Positions 49,721-64,000 of a DNA stretch of 64,000 nucleotides are shown here, in pieces (the stretch's first letter is position 1; each line of letters opens with the position of its first letter). A program made the position numbers and the translations under genes. This DNA is from Mytilus edulis (Eukaryota): the NCBI RefSeq assembly GCF_963676685.1, contig NC_092344.1, positions 100,068,001 to 100,132,000 of the forward strand, written 5' to 3'. The notes beneath the pieces were generated by a model. The model saw only the letters and a program-made list of their open reading frames with translations, was not told the origin of the DNA and ran no database searches.

Positions 49721-50628
49721 GAAACGTACAAGTCAAGTCGGCACCTGGTTAAATTGGCATCTAGTCAAATCAGCACCTATTTGACGTCAATTCGGCATCC
49801 AATAATATTTGTTATGATATTTTCTATTCAATTAATTAATAATTGTTACCAAGTACATAGTGAATATGTTGTTGTGTATTTAGGTAAACAACGAAACCAA
49901 AGTGAAATTATGTTGTTGTGTATAAAGGTAAACAACGAAGCCCTTACCCAAGCTGTTGTTTTAACAATTTGACAATTATTAAAATAAAATGGAAAACTAT
50001 GAGTCCCTTTCAATAAATCAAACTTTCATGCCAAATAATAAGCAAATTTAAGGTGTTTTTTTTCAGTAAAATTTAAAAAGCATTAATCAAACAATCCTGT
50101 AAAATGCTCAACTGGTTTAAATAATGCATAAAAATATCCAATATCTCATGTATTAGTCCAAATAATTATGACGTCTGGCAAGACTTTTTTATTTTTTTTC
50201 TGTGATGTCTTCCTACGAAGTTCGTAGGAAGGCGTCCCAGAAAAAAATTAACATACATGTAGCCTTGCGGTCATAGAAAGGTGTCCCAGAATAAAATTTA
50301 AAAAGCCTTGCCAGACGTAATAATTATTTTGACTACTCATATCTATAACATTAAAAATACACCAAAAAAGTCATTAAGTTGAGAAAAATAAATATATACA
50401 AAATGTACATGAACACCCAAAAATGTGAAAGTTAGTATTTAACTCTTTTTGCTTAAATACTGAAAAAAATTCTGGCAACCCTTTACTTATTTTTACTCTT
50501 TTTGCTTAAAATACTGTTAAAATTTATATTTAACATGGGTGACGAATTGACTATATCAGGTGTCGATTTAACCAGGTGCTGATTTGTCCAGGTGCCAATT
50601 TAACCAGGTGCCGGTTTGACTAGAATTC
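49721..50628. mobile_element. Mutator-like element with 15-bp subterminal repeats; nested TAG...CTA MITE at ~50154-50335
   Basis: GGCACCTGGTTAAAT-type units inverted at both ends; inner TIR TAGTCCAAATAATTATGACGTCTGGCAAG / CTTGCCAGACGTAATAATTATTTTGACTA. Confidence 0.6.
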
Positions 50629-50733
50629 TTTGACAAATGTTTGAAATTACTTGAGTTTCATTAGACCTTTGATAACAGTAACAAAAAGATTATTTACTTT
50701 ATATTTTGTGGGAGAAGGGGGTTCAGACTATGT

Positions 50734-51460
50734 GGTATCAGGTCTGTTCGCGCCCAATACACTTTCGCACCCTACACGTTCGCACCTCGCACGTTCGCAC
50801 CCAAGGTCCGTTTGCACTCTACTCATTCGCGCCCAATTTTAATTCAAATTCAAGTTGAATAATTGGAAAATCATGATTGTTGTTTTAAATTGCTTTGGTG
50901 TAAATACTGAATGTATTTATAGCTTGGTATGAGTAAAAAAACATTGAAGATTTTAAAGGAAAAACACAAAAGATAATTGTTTTTAACAGCTTGGTCCCTT
51001 TGATCTGAAACAACGAAACAATAAAATATAGGAACCAAAATATAGCAATCCACTATTATAACCAAAACATGATAAAATCTATTCAACACACAGAAAAAAA
51101 CATAGTCAGAATCTCACTTCATTTTGAAAGAAGTCAATGAAACAAAGTTATAGCAATACACTAACAAAACATGATTAAGAGTTATTCAACACAAAATAAA
51201 ACGTTGACAAAATACCACTTTATTTAGAAAGGATTATTATAATTTTTAACAATACACTATCTAAAACATGATTAAGATTTATTCAACACAAAAAAAAATG
51301 CTGTCTCACTTTATTTTGAGACAATGACAACAATTATACTTATAAGAAAACACTTGCTTACAGAGTTATTAAACACAAAACCAATTAAGATTGGGTGCGA
51401 ACATGTAGGGTGTGAAAGTGAAAGGGGCGAACATGAGTGGGCGCGAATGGACCCGGATTC
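50734..51460. mobile_element. Mutator-like MITE
   Basis: 9-bp TSD AGACTATGT (50725-50733, 51461-51469); G...C ends; subterminal TTCGCACC / GGTGCGAA repeats. Confidence 0.8.
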
Positions 51461-52048
51461 AGACTATGTACCAGTGAGAAATATACAAGCCTTTCTACGG
51501 TATTTATTTGTACAATTCAGGTAGTCTTGACCTATTCATTTGTCTTAAAAAACAGCCAGTTGTCACCCTCACTTCACACACACACACACATACGAATATC
51601 AATTATATGCTTACGAGACATGTTGCATTGTTAAACTAATACGGTATGTGAAAATCAAGACTTGCATAAAAACTATCCCAATATTAGAGACAGTGGCGTC
51701 ATTTTTCTTCATAGCTTTCAGCTCTTTGATTACCAACTCTTACTTCTACCAACTAGTGCTTCTACTAAGTTGTACCCAATATTTTTTTAACATTATAATA
51801 TAAGTTATCTTCGTTCATATCCGTATATCTATGTGTTGTCAAATCATACAGTTTTCCTAACCGGTTTCTCGGATAATCGTTCAACCGATTTACAGGAAAT
51901 ATTAAAAGTTTTTACTTTTTAACTTTTAAAGTAATTCTATATTATAGTTACAATACAGCAGTACTCGAGTTATTTGCGATGAAATAATAACTACTGTTTT
52001 ACGTCTTATTTTATACTTCTTAAAAAGGGGGATGCTGATTGCGTAAGT

Positions 52049-52938
52049 TAAAATAAAATAAAATTGAGAATGGAAATGGGGAATGTGTCAAAGAGACAAC
52101 AACCCGACCAAATAAAAAAAAAACAACAGCAGAGGGTCACCAACAGGTCTTCAATGTAGCGAGAAATTCACGCACCCGGAGGCGTCCTTCAGCTGGCCCC
52201 TAAACAAATATATACTAGTCCAGTGATAATGAACGCCATACTAATTTCCAAATTGTACACAAGAAACTAAAATTAAAATAATACAAGACTAACAAAGGCC
52301 AGAGGCTCCTGACTTGGGACAGGCGCAAAATGTGGCGGGGTTAAACATGTTTGTGAGATCTCAACCCTCCCCTATACCTCTAACCAATGTAGAAAAGTAA
52401 ACGCATAACAATACGCACATTAAAATTCAGTTCAAGAGAAATCCGAGTCTGATGTCAGAAGATGTAACCAAAGAAAATAAACAAAATAACAATAATACAT
52501 AAATAACAACAGACTACTAGCAGTTAACTGACATGCCAGCTCCAGACTTCAATTAAACTGACTGAAAGATTATGATTTCATCATATGAACATCAGGCACA
52601 ATCCTTCCCATTAGGGGTTTAGTATCATACCATCATAACATATATGAGAAGAACATAACCCGTGTCATGCCAACAACTGTTTTTAGAATAAATGTGTTTA
52701 GTTCCGATGCAAAGACCTTATCAGTGACTCAATATTAACGCCAAAATATGCAATCTTTAATGACTTGACAACAGTATCGTAATTATATCCCTTCTTAATA
52801 AGTCTATTCAAAGGTTTTGTAAGTTTCTGAGGTGAATACTGACACCTTTGTGCTTTATAAAGAATATTTCCATAAAAAATTGGATGTGAAATACCTGAAC
52901 GTATTAGAAGTCTGCATGTTGAGCTATATTTACGAATG
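52049..52938 (-). mobile_element. Independent, shorter 5'-truncated copy of the same Penelope-like family
   Basis: Reverse complement of about 3200-4075, without the frameshift (SHPIFYGNILYK...SLHRN). (TTTTA)n tail; possible GTAAG duplication at 52043-52047 and 52939-52943. Confidence 0.88.
52581..52647 (-). promoter_or_regulatory. Type II SECIS-like hairpin (third copy)
   Basis: Same fold on the minus strand; differences fall at the helix II mismatch and in the apical mini-loop (TAAC>TAAT). Confidence 0.75.
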
Positions 52939-54266
52939 GTAAGCACGTTTTCGACTTGTTAAACTTTATTTGATTATACTATATAAAAAGCCTGAGGGTT
53001 TTGCAATAACATGCATTTGATTATAATTGCTAAAAAATTGGCGTCAGGTTATAAAACCGATTACAGTTTTGAATGATGGCGGAAGACAATTGAACGATGG
53101 CACGGGTCATTTGACGATGGCGCAAGACATTTGAACGATGGCGGGGCGCCATCGCTAAACAGGCCATGGAGATCCCTGAGCGTTTAGATTCTACACACTT
53201 GGTAAAGCAGTAAACGAAAATATACATTGACATTCATGCATTTGTGCAAGAAACATTCACAGGAACTTTTATTAATTGATTAAAAACATTCAAATTGTCA
53301 CTAGATATAGTCGTATGTTTAGGGATGTAAAGACTTATTGAATGTTGCGCAATAAGCAGGTGGCAATTGTGTACATACACTTTCTACATTTACACGTGAT
53401 CATGTTTATAGGCGCTTTTTGATTGGATGCAGTGCGTTTCGACTGCAACAAATAAAAATCATTACCTTGTGTCTATGAAATTCTATCTCAGTCCGCCAAG
53501 GCTGGAGAGGAGGGATTGTAACCCTTGGCTAGCGAAGATGATCAAACAATCATGACAATATTTATTAAAATGAAATTGTAAATGTGCTCCTTCCTATATT
53601 TTACTCGACTGATATATACATGTATATTACTCAAAGTCTCATGTCAAACAAGACTGGAAGAAAAAAAGATGTTTCTGGTCAAATAAGGGAAATCAAAAGG
53701 TAAGAAAATAAATAAGTTCATAAGTACATGTAGTAAAATGGGTTTTTTTTTTTATTAATTTTTCTACTTTAATTGGGGACTTCGTCCCCATATTAATTGA
53801 AGAAACTTTTCCCAAAGAAGTATAAATCTACATTTTACATGTTATAATATATGGTCAAAACATGTCCAAGAATTTTTGTAATATTCCTGGACTTATATCT
53901 TCTTTATTATAATAAGTAATTGGACCCCTCTTTTAGAAAAATTGTTCCAGATATAATGAATCATGGATGTTCACACTTTTGAGTTAAAAAATCTAAATTT
54001 TTTATTTAACTTTTCTACAACAGTAAAATGACAGTCCCTCATTTAAAGAATACCGTTCATTTGGGGGGATGTTCCCAACCTGTTCTAGTAGACATGTCAT
54101 TCTCCTGTATCACTATCACTATACCTTATCAAATAAAAATAGACCCCATCATGGTTAGTTTGGCCATATTGAATAGGCAGATTTGCATAATAAGGTAAAA
54201 ATGGTCTGAAAAATACGGGAAAACATCATTAACACAGAGCAGTTTCTTGGAAATAATGCATTAGAT

Positions 54267-55487
54267 TTTTGTCGAGCGTTCGACTTAAGTCGCAGAAAGC
54301 TGGACATAGGGATCTGGCAGCGTTAGCTAACTTTTCAAAAGCTTTATATTTAAGAACCGGAAGACCTGGATGCTTCATACTTTGTATATAGACATGTAGA
54401 TGCCACATGTTACGAAGTTTTCGTCTGTCACATGTCCAATGTCCTTGACCTCATTTTCATGGTTCAGTGACTACTTGAAAAAACAGATAATGTTTTTTGT
54501 AATGTTAATTTCTCTCTTACTATGTGTAATAGGATAACCATATTTGGTATGTGAATACCTTGCAGGGTCCTCATGTCTGTCAGCCAGTTTTCACTTGACC
54601 TCAACATCATGGATGATCAGTGAACAAGGTTAAGTTTTGGTGATCAAGTCCATATCTCAGATACTGTTAGCAATAGGTCTAGTATATTGGGTCTATGATA
54701 GTACTGTAAGGTGTACATGTCCAACTGGCAGGTGTCATCTGACCTTGACCTCATTTTCAAGGTTCAGTGGTCAAAGTTAAGTTTTTGTTTTTTGGTCTGT
54801 TTCTCTTATACATTGTAATGTATGTAATAGTTCTACTATACATTGTGTGTGGTGTATAGAATGATTGTAAGGTGTACATGTTTAGCTGACAGGAGTCATC
54901 TGACCTTGACCTCATTTTCACGGTTCAGTGGTCAAAGTTAAGTTTTTGAGTTTTGGTCTTATTTTCTAATACTATATGCAATAGGTCAACTATATTTGGT
55001 GTATGGAAATATTTTATGATGTACATGTCACTGTCAGTCCCATAGGATTTATTTGACCTTGACCCCATTTTAACGGTTCATAGCTCAATGTTAAGTGTTT
55101 GTGTTTTGGTCTGTTTTTCTTAAACTATAAGAAATAGGTCAACTATATTTGTTGTATGGAAGAATTGTAGTCTGCATGTCTGCCTGGCATGGTTCATCTG
55201 ACAGTGACCTTGCTCTAATTTTCATGGTTCATAGGTCAATGTTTAGTTTTCTTGGTTAAGCTGTTTCTTAGAAACTATAAGCAAATGGTCAACTATATTT
55301 AGTGTATTGAATGATTGTAAGATGTACATGTATTTCTTGTTTGGTTTATATGACCTTGACCTCTATTCCTGGATCATGATAAGTTTATGTGATATTTGTA
55401 GTAAAGCTTTTTATTTAGGACTATCAACATATTAAAACTATCAATGATTAGTAAAGAAGGCAAGAAATTTCAGCGTGTGCACTTTTG
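54267..55487 (-). mobile_element. Helentron-like element with TGACCTTGACCTCATTTTCATGG tandem units
   Basis: Terminal hairpin TGTCGAGC...GCT.GACA and end CAGCGTGTGCAC; collinear with 59381-60456. Confidence 0.7.
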
Positions 55488-56134
55488 TTTCATTTAATCA
55501 TACTATTTCCACCTCTTTTTACCCCCTATTTGATATTGCTGAACTAACCTGATGTGGCTTATTACGATCAATTATAAAATCCACACTGTAATGTAAGCAT
55601 ATTTGAGGAAGATTTTACTTTTATATATTTTTATTTTTTTGGGGGAGAGGGGTCTGTTTAATTTTTCCTCTCCAATGGCCTTCAAACCTTGTATACAGAT
55701 ACCTTATGCTTGCTTTGCCTGTCATATGTCTATTGTCCTCAACCTCATTTTCATGTTTCATCCTTTGTTTAAAAAACTGCATAGTTTGATGTTTTGTCAG
55801 GTGTATTTCTCACTTATTAGTAATCGGATAACTCCATTTGGTATATTATATAGGATCCTTGCAAAATTCACATGTTGGTCAATCATGGACTCATGGTTTA
55901 TCTGACCTTAACGCCAGATTTAAGAAAAAAGGGGGAGGAGGGCAAAAAATTAAATTGCCATGTCCCCAATAAATTATGGCTCACAGTGATTTAGCACTAC
56001 AAAAATCCTGCTCAGTATGTTGGTCTAGCTGTTTATTTGCAGATAGATTTTTTTCAGTTTTTTTTTAACACTATATATTCAGGGATAATGTATAAAATAA
56101 ATGTGGACTATTTTTTTTCAAGATTGTATAATGG

Positions 56135-57050
56135 TATGATGTCATCGTCTGCATCATCGTCTGCATTGTCCGAAGACACATTTTGTTTCCGGATAATAAC
56201 TTGAATTAAGTGAATGCATCTCTATGAAATTTGTTAAGAAGGTTCAATACCACAAAAGGAAGGTTGGTATTGATTTTGGGGATGATGGTCCTAACCGTTT
56301 AGGAATTAGGGGTCCAAAAGGGGCTCAAAACAAGCATTTTTCTAGTTTTAGGATAATAACTTGACATTGTGTATAAGTATTTTGATTGCTCTGAAATCAT
56401 ACCACAATGTTTAATACCAAAGGTACATATAGAAGGTTTTGAATCAGTTTAGGAAGTTAGGGCCAAAAAGGGGCCAAAAACAAGCATTTCTGTAGTTTCT
56501 GGACAATTACTTGTGTGTGAGTGTATGAATCTCTCTGCCATTGTACTACATTGTTCCATATAACAAAGGGAAGTCTGGGATTGAATTTTGGGGTAATTGC
56601 CCCAAACATGCAGGAATAGGGGCCAAAAAGTGCCACAAACAAGCAGTTTTCTAGTTTCAAGACAATAAATTGTGTTTAACAGAATAGTTCTCTTTAAAAT
56701 TGTACTACAAGGCTCCATACTACAAAGGCTTGAATTGTGATTGAGGGTAATTGCCCCAAGGAGGGATTCAAAAAGTTTGGGGGGTTCCAATTTTTTAAGG
56801 GGTTCATATTTTCAAATTTTTGAAAAGTTTCAAGAAGAAAGAAGAAACCTTCAATTGCACAGTATTGCACAATTGATTTGTAAGATCTTTGACCACATTT
56901 GTTTTGTACAACTCAACATCAGAAACCTATATTATGTTAGAAATTTGATCACAGTCCAAATTCAGACAGTACCAAGCTTGAATATTGAGTCCAAATTTAC
57001 TGTTTAGGGTTCAACCTCTGCTGTCATGTCAGGCTGTGCTCAGCAAAGCA
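56135..57050 (-). mobile_element. Decayed copy of the 32893-35128 family
   Basis: Reverse-complement similarity to 34760-35080 and 32900-33110. Confidence 0.55.
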
Positions 57051-57282
57051 ATGTATTATTTCTATAATGGTTAGTGGTTATCCAGTTCAAGTCTTTTCTG
57101 GAGAGAATACTGATACCAGAGACGTATAAAAAACATAATTGTATTAAATGGTGATATCAAGGGAAACAATTGGTCACATTTTCAGTTAGAGCTATCAAGC
57201 AATATGATTACATTTTTAATGACAGTACAACAAATCTTGTAATAGATGTACATTTGTGGAAATACCCTACATCATCAGTTTA

Positions 57283-57563
57283 GGGAGCTACCATTTGATT
57301 TTTATGGGGGGGCTAGGATGAAAAATTTTGTCCTGCCTTTTTTTTTAGTTCTAATCTCTGTCCTGCCTTTTTATTTTTCACTCTATTCGGTCCTGGTTTT
57401 TTTTTTTTTAGTTTATCCTGACTATTTTTACATAAATTGTCATCCTGACTTTTTTTTTTTGCAAGTGTCTCATCCTGCCTTTTTTTTTACTCAAAACTCC
57501 TGTCCTGCCTATTTTTTTCAAATTTCATCCTAGCCCCCCCATAAAAATCAAATGGTAGCTCCC
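57283..57563. mobile_element. PIF/Harbinger-like MITE
   Basis: TTA TSD; ~40-bp TIR GGGAGCTACCATTTGATTTTTATGGGGGGGCTAGGATGAAA; internal TCCTGCCTTTTT repeats; decayed copy at about 9863-10024. Confidence 0.85.
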
Positions 57564-59380
57564 TTACCAAAAAAATACTGCATCTAGTTTTAAAAGATGT
57601 AACTAACACTGATGACTCCACTCAGGCAATCTAATTAAATTTGAAATCATGAGAAGAAATACATTTGTACTATTTTTTCAACCAAGAGTTGATGTTATCA
57701 GTGTTTAAGTTAAAATGATCTTTTTGGAAGCTTTACAGAAGCCATTTTTAATGTGTCAACAATTATATATGAGATATCAGCATCACATATGACCACGGAT
57801 ATGTACTAATTTGTAGTAATCACAGTCCTGCCCTGTTTCCTCTTTTGTGACATCATTTTATGAAGCTTATCAGAGGATTTGTACTTGCATTTTTCCTTTT
57901 TGTCTCAACTTGCATTGAAAGTCGCAGTAATGGTCTGTCTGTCAGAAATGGTTCATCTGACCATGACTTTATTCTCATTGAACAATAATAATGTAACGTT
58001 TATGTGATAGTTGTACATGTTGTAGTAAAACCTTCATATGACAAGCTTTCAACATGAATTCAATGATAAGTTAAGTAAACTAAAACAGTGTCTCTTTTGC
58101 ATCCACAGTGGCAGATTCAGAACTTTCATAAGGGGGGCCCACTGACTGACCTAAAAAAAAGGGGGGGGGTGTGCTCTTGTACTGCTTCTTCAGTGATTCA
58201 TTCTATAAATAACCAGATTTTGCCCACCAAAAGGGGGGCCTGGGCCTTCTGTATCCGCCTATGATACTTTCCTCCGTCTGTCTAAAGTTTTTTGTCATGG
58301 TAGTTTTTGCTGAAGTTGAAATCCTATCAACTTGAAACTTAGTACACATGTTCCCTATGATATGATCTTTCTAATTTGAATGCCAAAGATAATTTAACAG
58401 TTCAATGAACATAAAAAAATGATAGAGCGAGTCGGGTATCCATGTACTATGGGCACATATTTGTTTCTTAATATTTGTCATAAATCATATGGTAAAATTC
58501 TAATTTGTCCACCCAGAATGCTTTAAATACCAAAGATTTTTATGCCCCCGCCAGAGTTTTAACCAAACGTTATTAAACTTATACACAATACTTGTTACTA
58601 CAAAATACAGATCAATTTTGTATTTTGGTGGTGTCACTTCAACCGTTCTAGATTTATGCTCCTTCATAAATGGGAAAAAAGGGAATCAAATTTCTTCTAA
58701 AAATGTCAATGGTATAATTGTTAAAATTGATTTAAAAAATTGGAGTTATCTTCCTTTTTCCACAATTGTAGAAATTTCAACTACACTTATTGACACAATT
58801 ATGTATGTCGGATAAAAGCTCTACAGAGCTTACATGTTGTATGTTGTATTGTTATATGTATAACCGACTTTAAATAAATCTTTTATGCTTTATGCTTTTT
58901 ATGCAACTACAATTATGGACAAAGGAAGATAAAAGGGATTTTAATAATTACATCAACTATAACCCATGCTCATACAATGCAATGTTCACTGAAAAAAATA
59001 AAACAATCTTTACCCATTGGGCTTACAAGCACTTTGATTACTGTTCTTTAGTTTTGTCCCTTTATAATCTTTTCAGAAGCATTACTTTTAAAGTCCCTTT
59101 ATTCTGTTATATGCTAGCAGGGGTATCATATGTGTCCCTATGGACACATTCCAGATTTATTTATTTTTATCAAAGGGATTATCCAGGTACTTTGTATTTT
59201 TGGAAAACATATCCTGAGAGGTTTGGGAATTATATAATCAAATTTTCCATAATTTGATACAAAGTGAATGTTACTGCAGACCTTATTTAATTTGATAAAA
59301 TTGTTCATTCCACAAATAGAATGGTGTCAATCAACTAGTTCTGTTCCTATCTATTAACTTGAGTAGTGATTCTTAATTCT

Positions 59381-60456
59381 TGTCGAGCCTGCAACTTTTG
59401 TCGCAAAAAGCTCTACATAGGGATAGTGATCTGGCGGCGTCACGTTATTAGCTAACTTCATAAAAGCTTTATGTTTTAGAAGGTGGAAGACATGGATGCT
59501 TCATACTTTGTATATGGATGTCCCATGTTACAAATTTTCTGTCTGTCACATGTCCAATGTCCTTGACCTCATTTTCATGGTTCAGTAACTACTTGAAAAA
59601 ATATTTAAGATTTTGTAATGTTAAATTCTCTCTTAATATAAGTGATAGGATAACTATATTTGGTATGTGCATACCTTGCAAGATCCTCATGCCCCTTTAG
59701 ACAGTTTTCACTTGACCTTGACCTCATTTCATGGATCAGTGAACAAGGTTAAGTTTTGGTGGTAAACTCCATATCTCATATACTATAAGAAATAGGTCTA
59801 GTATATTTGCTGTATGGAAGGACTGTAAGGTGTACATGTCCAACTGGCAGGTGTCATCTGACCTTGACCTGATTTTCATGGTTCAGTGGTTATAGTTAAG
59901 TTTTTGTGTTTTGGTCTGTTTTTCTTATACTGTATGCAATAGGTCTACTATATTTGTTGTATGGAATGATTGTAAGGTGTACATGTCAAGCTGGCAGATG
60001 TCATCTGACCTTGACCTCATTTTTATGGTTCAGTGGTCAAAGATAAGTTTTTGAGTTTTGGTCTTTTTTTCTAATACTTATTGTAATAGGTCTTGAAACT
60101 GTATTTGGTGTAAGAAAATATTTTATAAGCTATATGTCAGTCTTGCAGATTTTATTTGACCTTGACCTCATTTCATGGTTCATTGCTCTGTGTTAAGTTT
60201 TTGTATTTTTGTCTGTTTTTCTGAAACTATAAGCAATAGGTCAACAATATTTGTTGTATGGAAGAACTGTAAACTGTCCATGCCCGCCTGGCATGGTTCA
60301 TCTGACCTTGACCTCATTTTCATGGTTCATTGGTCAATGTTTAGTTTTCTTGGTAAAGTTTATGTGACAGTTGTAATAAAGCTTTATATTACGGACTATC
60401 AATATAATATTATTAATTAATAAAGAAGCAAGACATTTCAGCGTGTGCACTCTTGT
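59381..60456 (-). mobile_element. Helentron-like element, same family as 54267-55487
   Basis: Same termini and internal tandem units. Confidence 0.7.
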
Positions 60457-60887
60457 CTTGTATGAAAGCACAATGCTGAAAAAACATATGTACTACGTTC
60501 TATAGTATACTTTCCTTCTTCCATAAATGTAAAGTAAATGTACAACTAAACTGATTCATTATATACTGCTGCCTTGCATCTTGAATGCCGTGTGGAAATT
60601 ACTTATCAATCAAGGAAGTTTATTCCCAAATAAATCTATGCCAATTTTCTGTCTCATGTAGGTAACACATGTCAAGGATGGAAATAATTTATTTTTTTAA
60701 TTTTCTCAACTTTAAACATGTTAAAATAGAGATAAGGACATTCAAACTCATAAGTTAGAAATAAATTGTCATGACAACAATGACTAAAAGACAACAGTAT
60801 ATAAAATAAACATAGCAAACTAAATTTTGGTCAGAGGCTGCCAGGTTAATAAAATAAAAATATAAAAAAAACAAATATTGTTCTTTA

Positions 60888-61179
60888 GGCAGCAACCATT
60901 TGATTTTCTGGGGGGGGGGGGGGGGGGCTATGGTTTTTTTTGGAAAAAAAAGTTTGTTTCGAGTTTTTGGAGAAAAAATAATTTGTTTTTGATTCTGAGA
61001 AAAAAAAATTGTTTGTTTCACCCTCAGCTGCCACTATATGTAATGCTAAAATTGAAAGAAAAATATTGTTTTCGACTTGTCTCGAAAAAAATAGATTGTT
61101 TTTGCCGCAGGCGAAAAAAAAAATTTGTCCAGAAAAAAAAACCATAGCCCCCCCCCCAGAAAATCAAATGGTTGCTGCC
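60888..61179. mobile_element. PIF/Harbinger-like MITE
   Basis: TTA TSD; TIR GGCAGCAACCATTTGATTTTCT(G)nCTATGGTTTTTTT. Confidence 0.85.
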
Positions 61180-62864
61180 TTATATATACACACGTTTTTA
61201 TTTAGGGGCCAGCTAAGGCCCACCTCCGGGTGCTGGATTTTCTAGATGCATTGAAGGCCTTGAGGGGGGGGGGGGGTCTCTTTGACATATTCCTCATATC
61301 TATTCTGAATTTAATTATCTTTATAAAACGGAAAAATATTTATCATTTTTGTTAGTTGATAAAGTTACAATCATGACTATTCTAGGAACTTTTGGTCTTT
61401 GTTCTTTTTTTATATAAGTATCAGTAAAACAAATTTATTGTTCATATTATATTTGATTATATTTGAAATATAATAGTTAAAAAATTAACAACAGTTACAT
61501 TAAGTAAAAATAAAATGCTTTTTTATTTCCTTCTCATAGTTAAAAAATTATGCCATGTACATTGTTCTGTAACTGTTTTACTGGGAACTTTTGTAAGTTA
61601 AAGAGAAAAAGATTAAATTTGATCTAGTTTAAGGAAGAAATATGAATCATTTGTTGACAAGAAATGTTCTTGATATTGACAACATTGTTTTATTTCCTGT
61701 CTGGTTCAATGATGACTTCCCTTTCACTCTCGAAATAAACAAGATAAATTTAATCTCTGTAATCTTATACATGTACTTGTATTGTGTCACAAGACGATAT
61801 CTGGAGATGAAGAAGGCATTTGTTGTGGTTTGTAAATGTTTTACTATTTTATTTTCAATATTTTGAACACACAAAAACGATTTAGAAGCAGAAACATACA
61901 TATAACATGTGTATAAGTGTATTTTGATATGCCGGCACTCCATACATGTTAATTTGCTTTGTAAAGAAGCTGCATCATGTACATTTACATTTGAAGTCTC
62001 ACAATGTTTATTATTTATGTACATGTATGTCTATTGGTTATTTGTGTCTGTGATTGGGCTGCTGTCTCATTGATTTGTACTTACATCTCCTTTTATTCAA
62101 GACTGCCTTTATATTTGAGCTTTTTGTATATTCTTATTATTTCATTAATATTTTGAAGTTTCATTTTGATTTCTTTACTTAATTATTTATGTGTAACAAA
62201 ATGTCTCATTTGAGTACTACTACAACGTAGAGAGAAGAGGGCATTGTTCCTTTACTTTTCTAATGAAACAATTTAAAAACCAAAAACCCATTGATTGAGT
62301 AATTTTCATTTCCCATTTAAAAATGTATACCACTTCATTGTTACTGGGAAGTGTAAGGTATAAAGCTTTGTGCCAGTGGATTATGTCCTGAATATATGTG
62401 GCTATTGTACAAGTTATATATTTTATGCCTCTGTTAAATCCTAAAAAATAAATAAAAAAGGGAGACATTAGAATGACTATTCCTTTTGCTAGTCTTTAGG
62501 GGTATAATGTATCATATGTATTATCTTGGAAACACCTGAAACACCATAAGTACATCTGCAATACTCCAGTCCAAGAATCCTTTTTATGGTCTGCTTTTGA
62601 TAGTAAAGGGGGTGTTTTGTTTTCTGTCTGTAAATCCATCTGATAGTCCATTTGTTCGTCTGTTTTGTATCAGGTTTATGTTTTGGTTTGAGGTATTAAT
62701 TCACCTAGAAGTTGTAGTGGCATCAATTTGAATCTTACTAGAGACATGTTCATTATCATGTTATCTTTAATTAGTATAGTCCAAAGTAGAGTTTTGACCC
62801 ACACACCCCTAAATCATAGTCCAGGGCCTTTGAATATGAACAATTTTTAAAGTTGTCTGCTTAC

Positions 62865-63827
62865 GGATGTTCTTAGGTGAGGTTTTGGAATTTGTGTCAA
62901 ATGTTCTGACTCCTTGGTGTTTTTCCATACAATACAATGTAAAATATTTTGCCCCATAACACCCATTTATTTTTTCATAGAAAACTTAAAGTCATATGAA
63001 ACGAGTGAGTGGTGAAAAATAATGTGTTTCCAATTCTTGAACCAATGCATGTATATATCACAAACTAAGTCCTCTGTGCACGATTTCATCATTATTTACG
63101 CAAATATATCGTATAATCGTCAATTGTTAATCTCTCTGTCTGTTATGATTTAACAAATATGGCTGCTCATTAAATGCCGTGTTTTGAAGCCGAAGTTTAC
63201 CGATTGTCACCTTATAGTAAATAAATAACAAAAAGCATGGGTATTGAGCACGTGCTTAACATGTACAATCAGATAATTGTTTATTTTAATGACAGATTCA
63301 TGCGTATTGCGACCACCGGATTTTTACGAGGAGGGTTACGCTCAGGTCACTATGCATACGGAAAATATGTCGGCGAATTGCTTCCTGGAAGCAAGCAATT
63401 AAAAATAAGTAAACTTCTTCTAAATGTGGACAAATTAAAGAATTTTCCTCAGAAAAAAGTATATGTACAAAAGTTTTATAATGAAAACTATCCATTTAGT
63501 TATAAAAAACAGATGCATATTTTTTTTTAATTTGAGGTTTCTTATGACTTTAATAACTTATGAAAGATCTTTTACCAAAATTTTAGAAGATTCTTGATTT
63601 TCTTTCTTTTGTTTTGAGACCCAAATAATACAAATCAAATATAAGGTAAAAGTCCGAGTCAGACTTTTCCCGCCATATTTTAAATCTCAAATATCTCGAA
63701 AAGGAGGTCCATGACCTATCAATATTTTTAGCTTATTTTTATCCTTAATTGATGCTCTACCAGCTTATAGTATCAATTTTAGATTCTTAATTTATTAATT
63801 TTCACCTAACCTTACCTAAGTACATCC
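62865..63827. mobile_element. Kolobok-like non-autonomous element
   Basis: TIR GGATGT(T/A)CTTAGGT; TTAA on the right, TTAC on the left. Confidence 0.65.
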
Positions 63828-64000
63828 TTAATTAAGTTTGATAGGAACTACTTGTGATAGATCAATGATATTTTCATTAAACTAAAGTTGCATTAATATT
63901 ATCAGTTAATATCAGTTTAATAACTATTTCAATGCCCTGATCCGTTAGGTCATGTAACTTTCAATTTATTCCAAATTTTCAATGTAAAGTTTTCTGGTTA

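Noticed and set aside
53641-53699. ATG-initiated mini-exon candidate (MSNKTGRKKDVSGQIREIK/GTAAG)
   Set aside because: No downstream exons or recognisable homology found; could be chance.
61647-62024. 125-aa minus-strand ORF (and 58892-59257, 30896-31183)
   Set aside because: AT-rich composition, no motifs and no consistent splice structure.

Overview
AT-rich, repeat-dense animal genomic DNA. The repeat families look bivalve-like, probably a Mytilus-type mussel (inference). Two intact spliced genes converge: TCEANC2 (+, 4 coding exons, 25114-30372, 208 aa) and R3HDM4 (-, 7 coding exons, 48307-37298, 275 aa). The first 25 kb is a near-identical tandem duplication (1-7806 repeated at 11864-24970). 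Each copy carries nested insertions: a palindromic 20-mer array, a tRNA-like element, a hAT MITE and a Penelope-like (Naiad-type) RT fragment. Between the copies lies an unannotated multi-exon gene or pseudogene for a Cys-rich, probably GPI-anchored protein. Only copy 2 has a very young 5.3-kb BEL/Pao LTR element. Its single 1278-aa ORF keeps Gag and protease but has lost RT, RNase H and the integrase core; it has TA...CA LTRs, no tRNA PBS and a possible self-priming pairing. All three young Penelope-like copies carry a well-formed type II SECIS (selenocysteine insertion) hairpin in the 3' UTR. The remainder is Helentron-like elements with internal tandem arrays, Kolobok-, Harbinger-, Mutator- and P-like MITEs, and SINE/LINE remnants. 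All calls were made by eye, without alignment tools.
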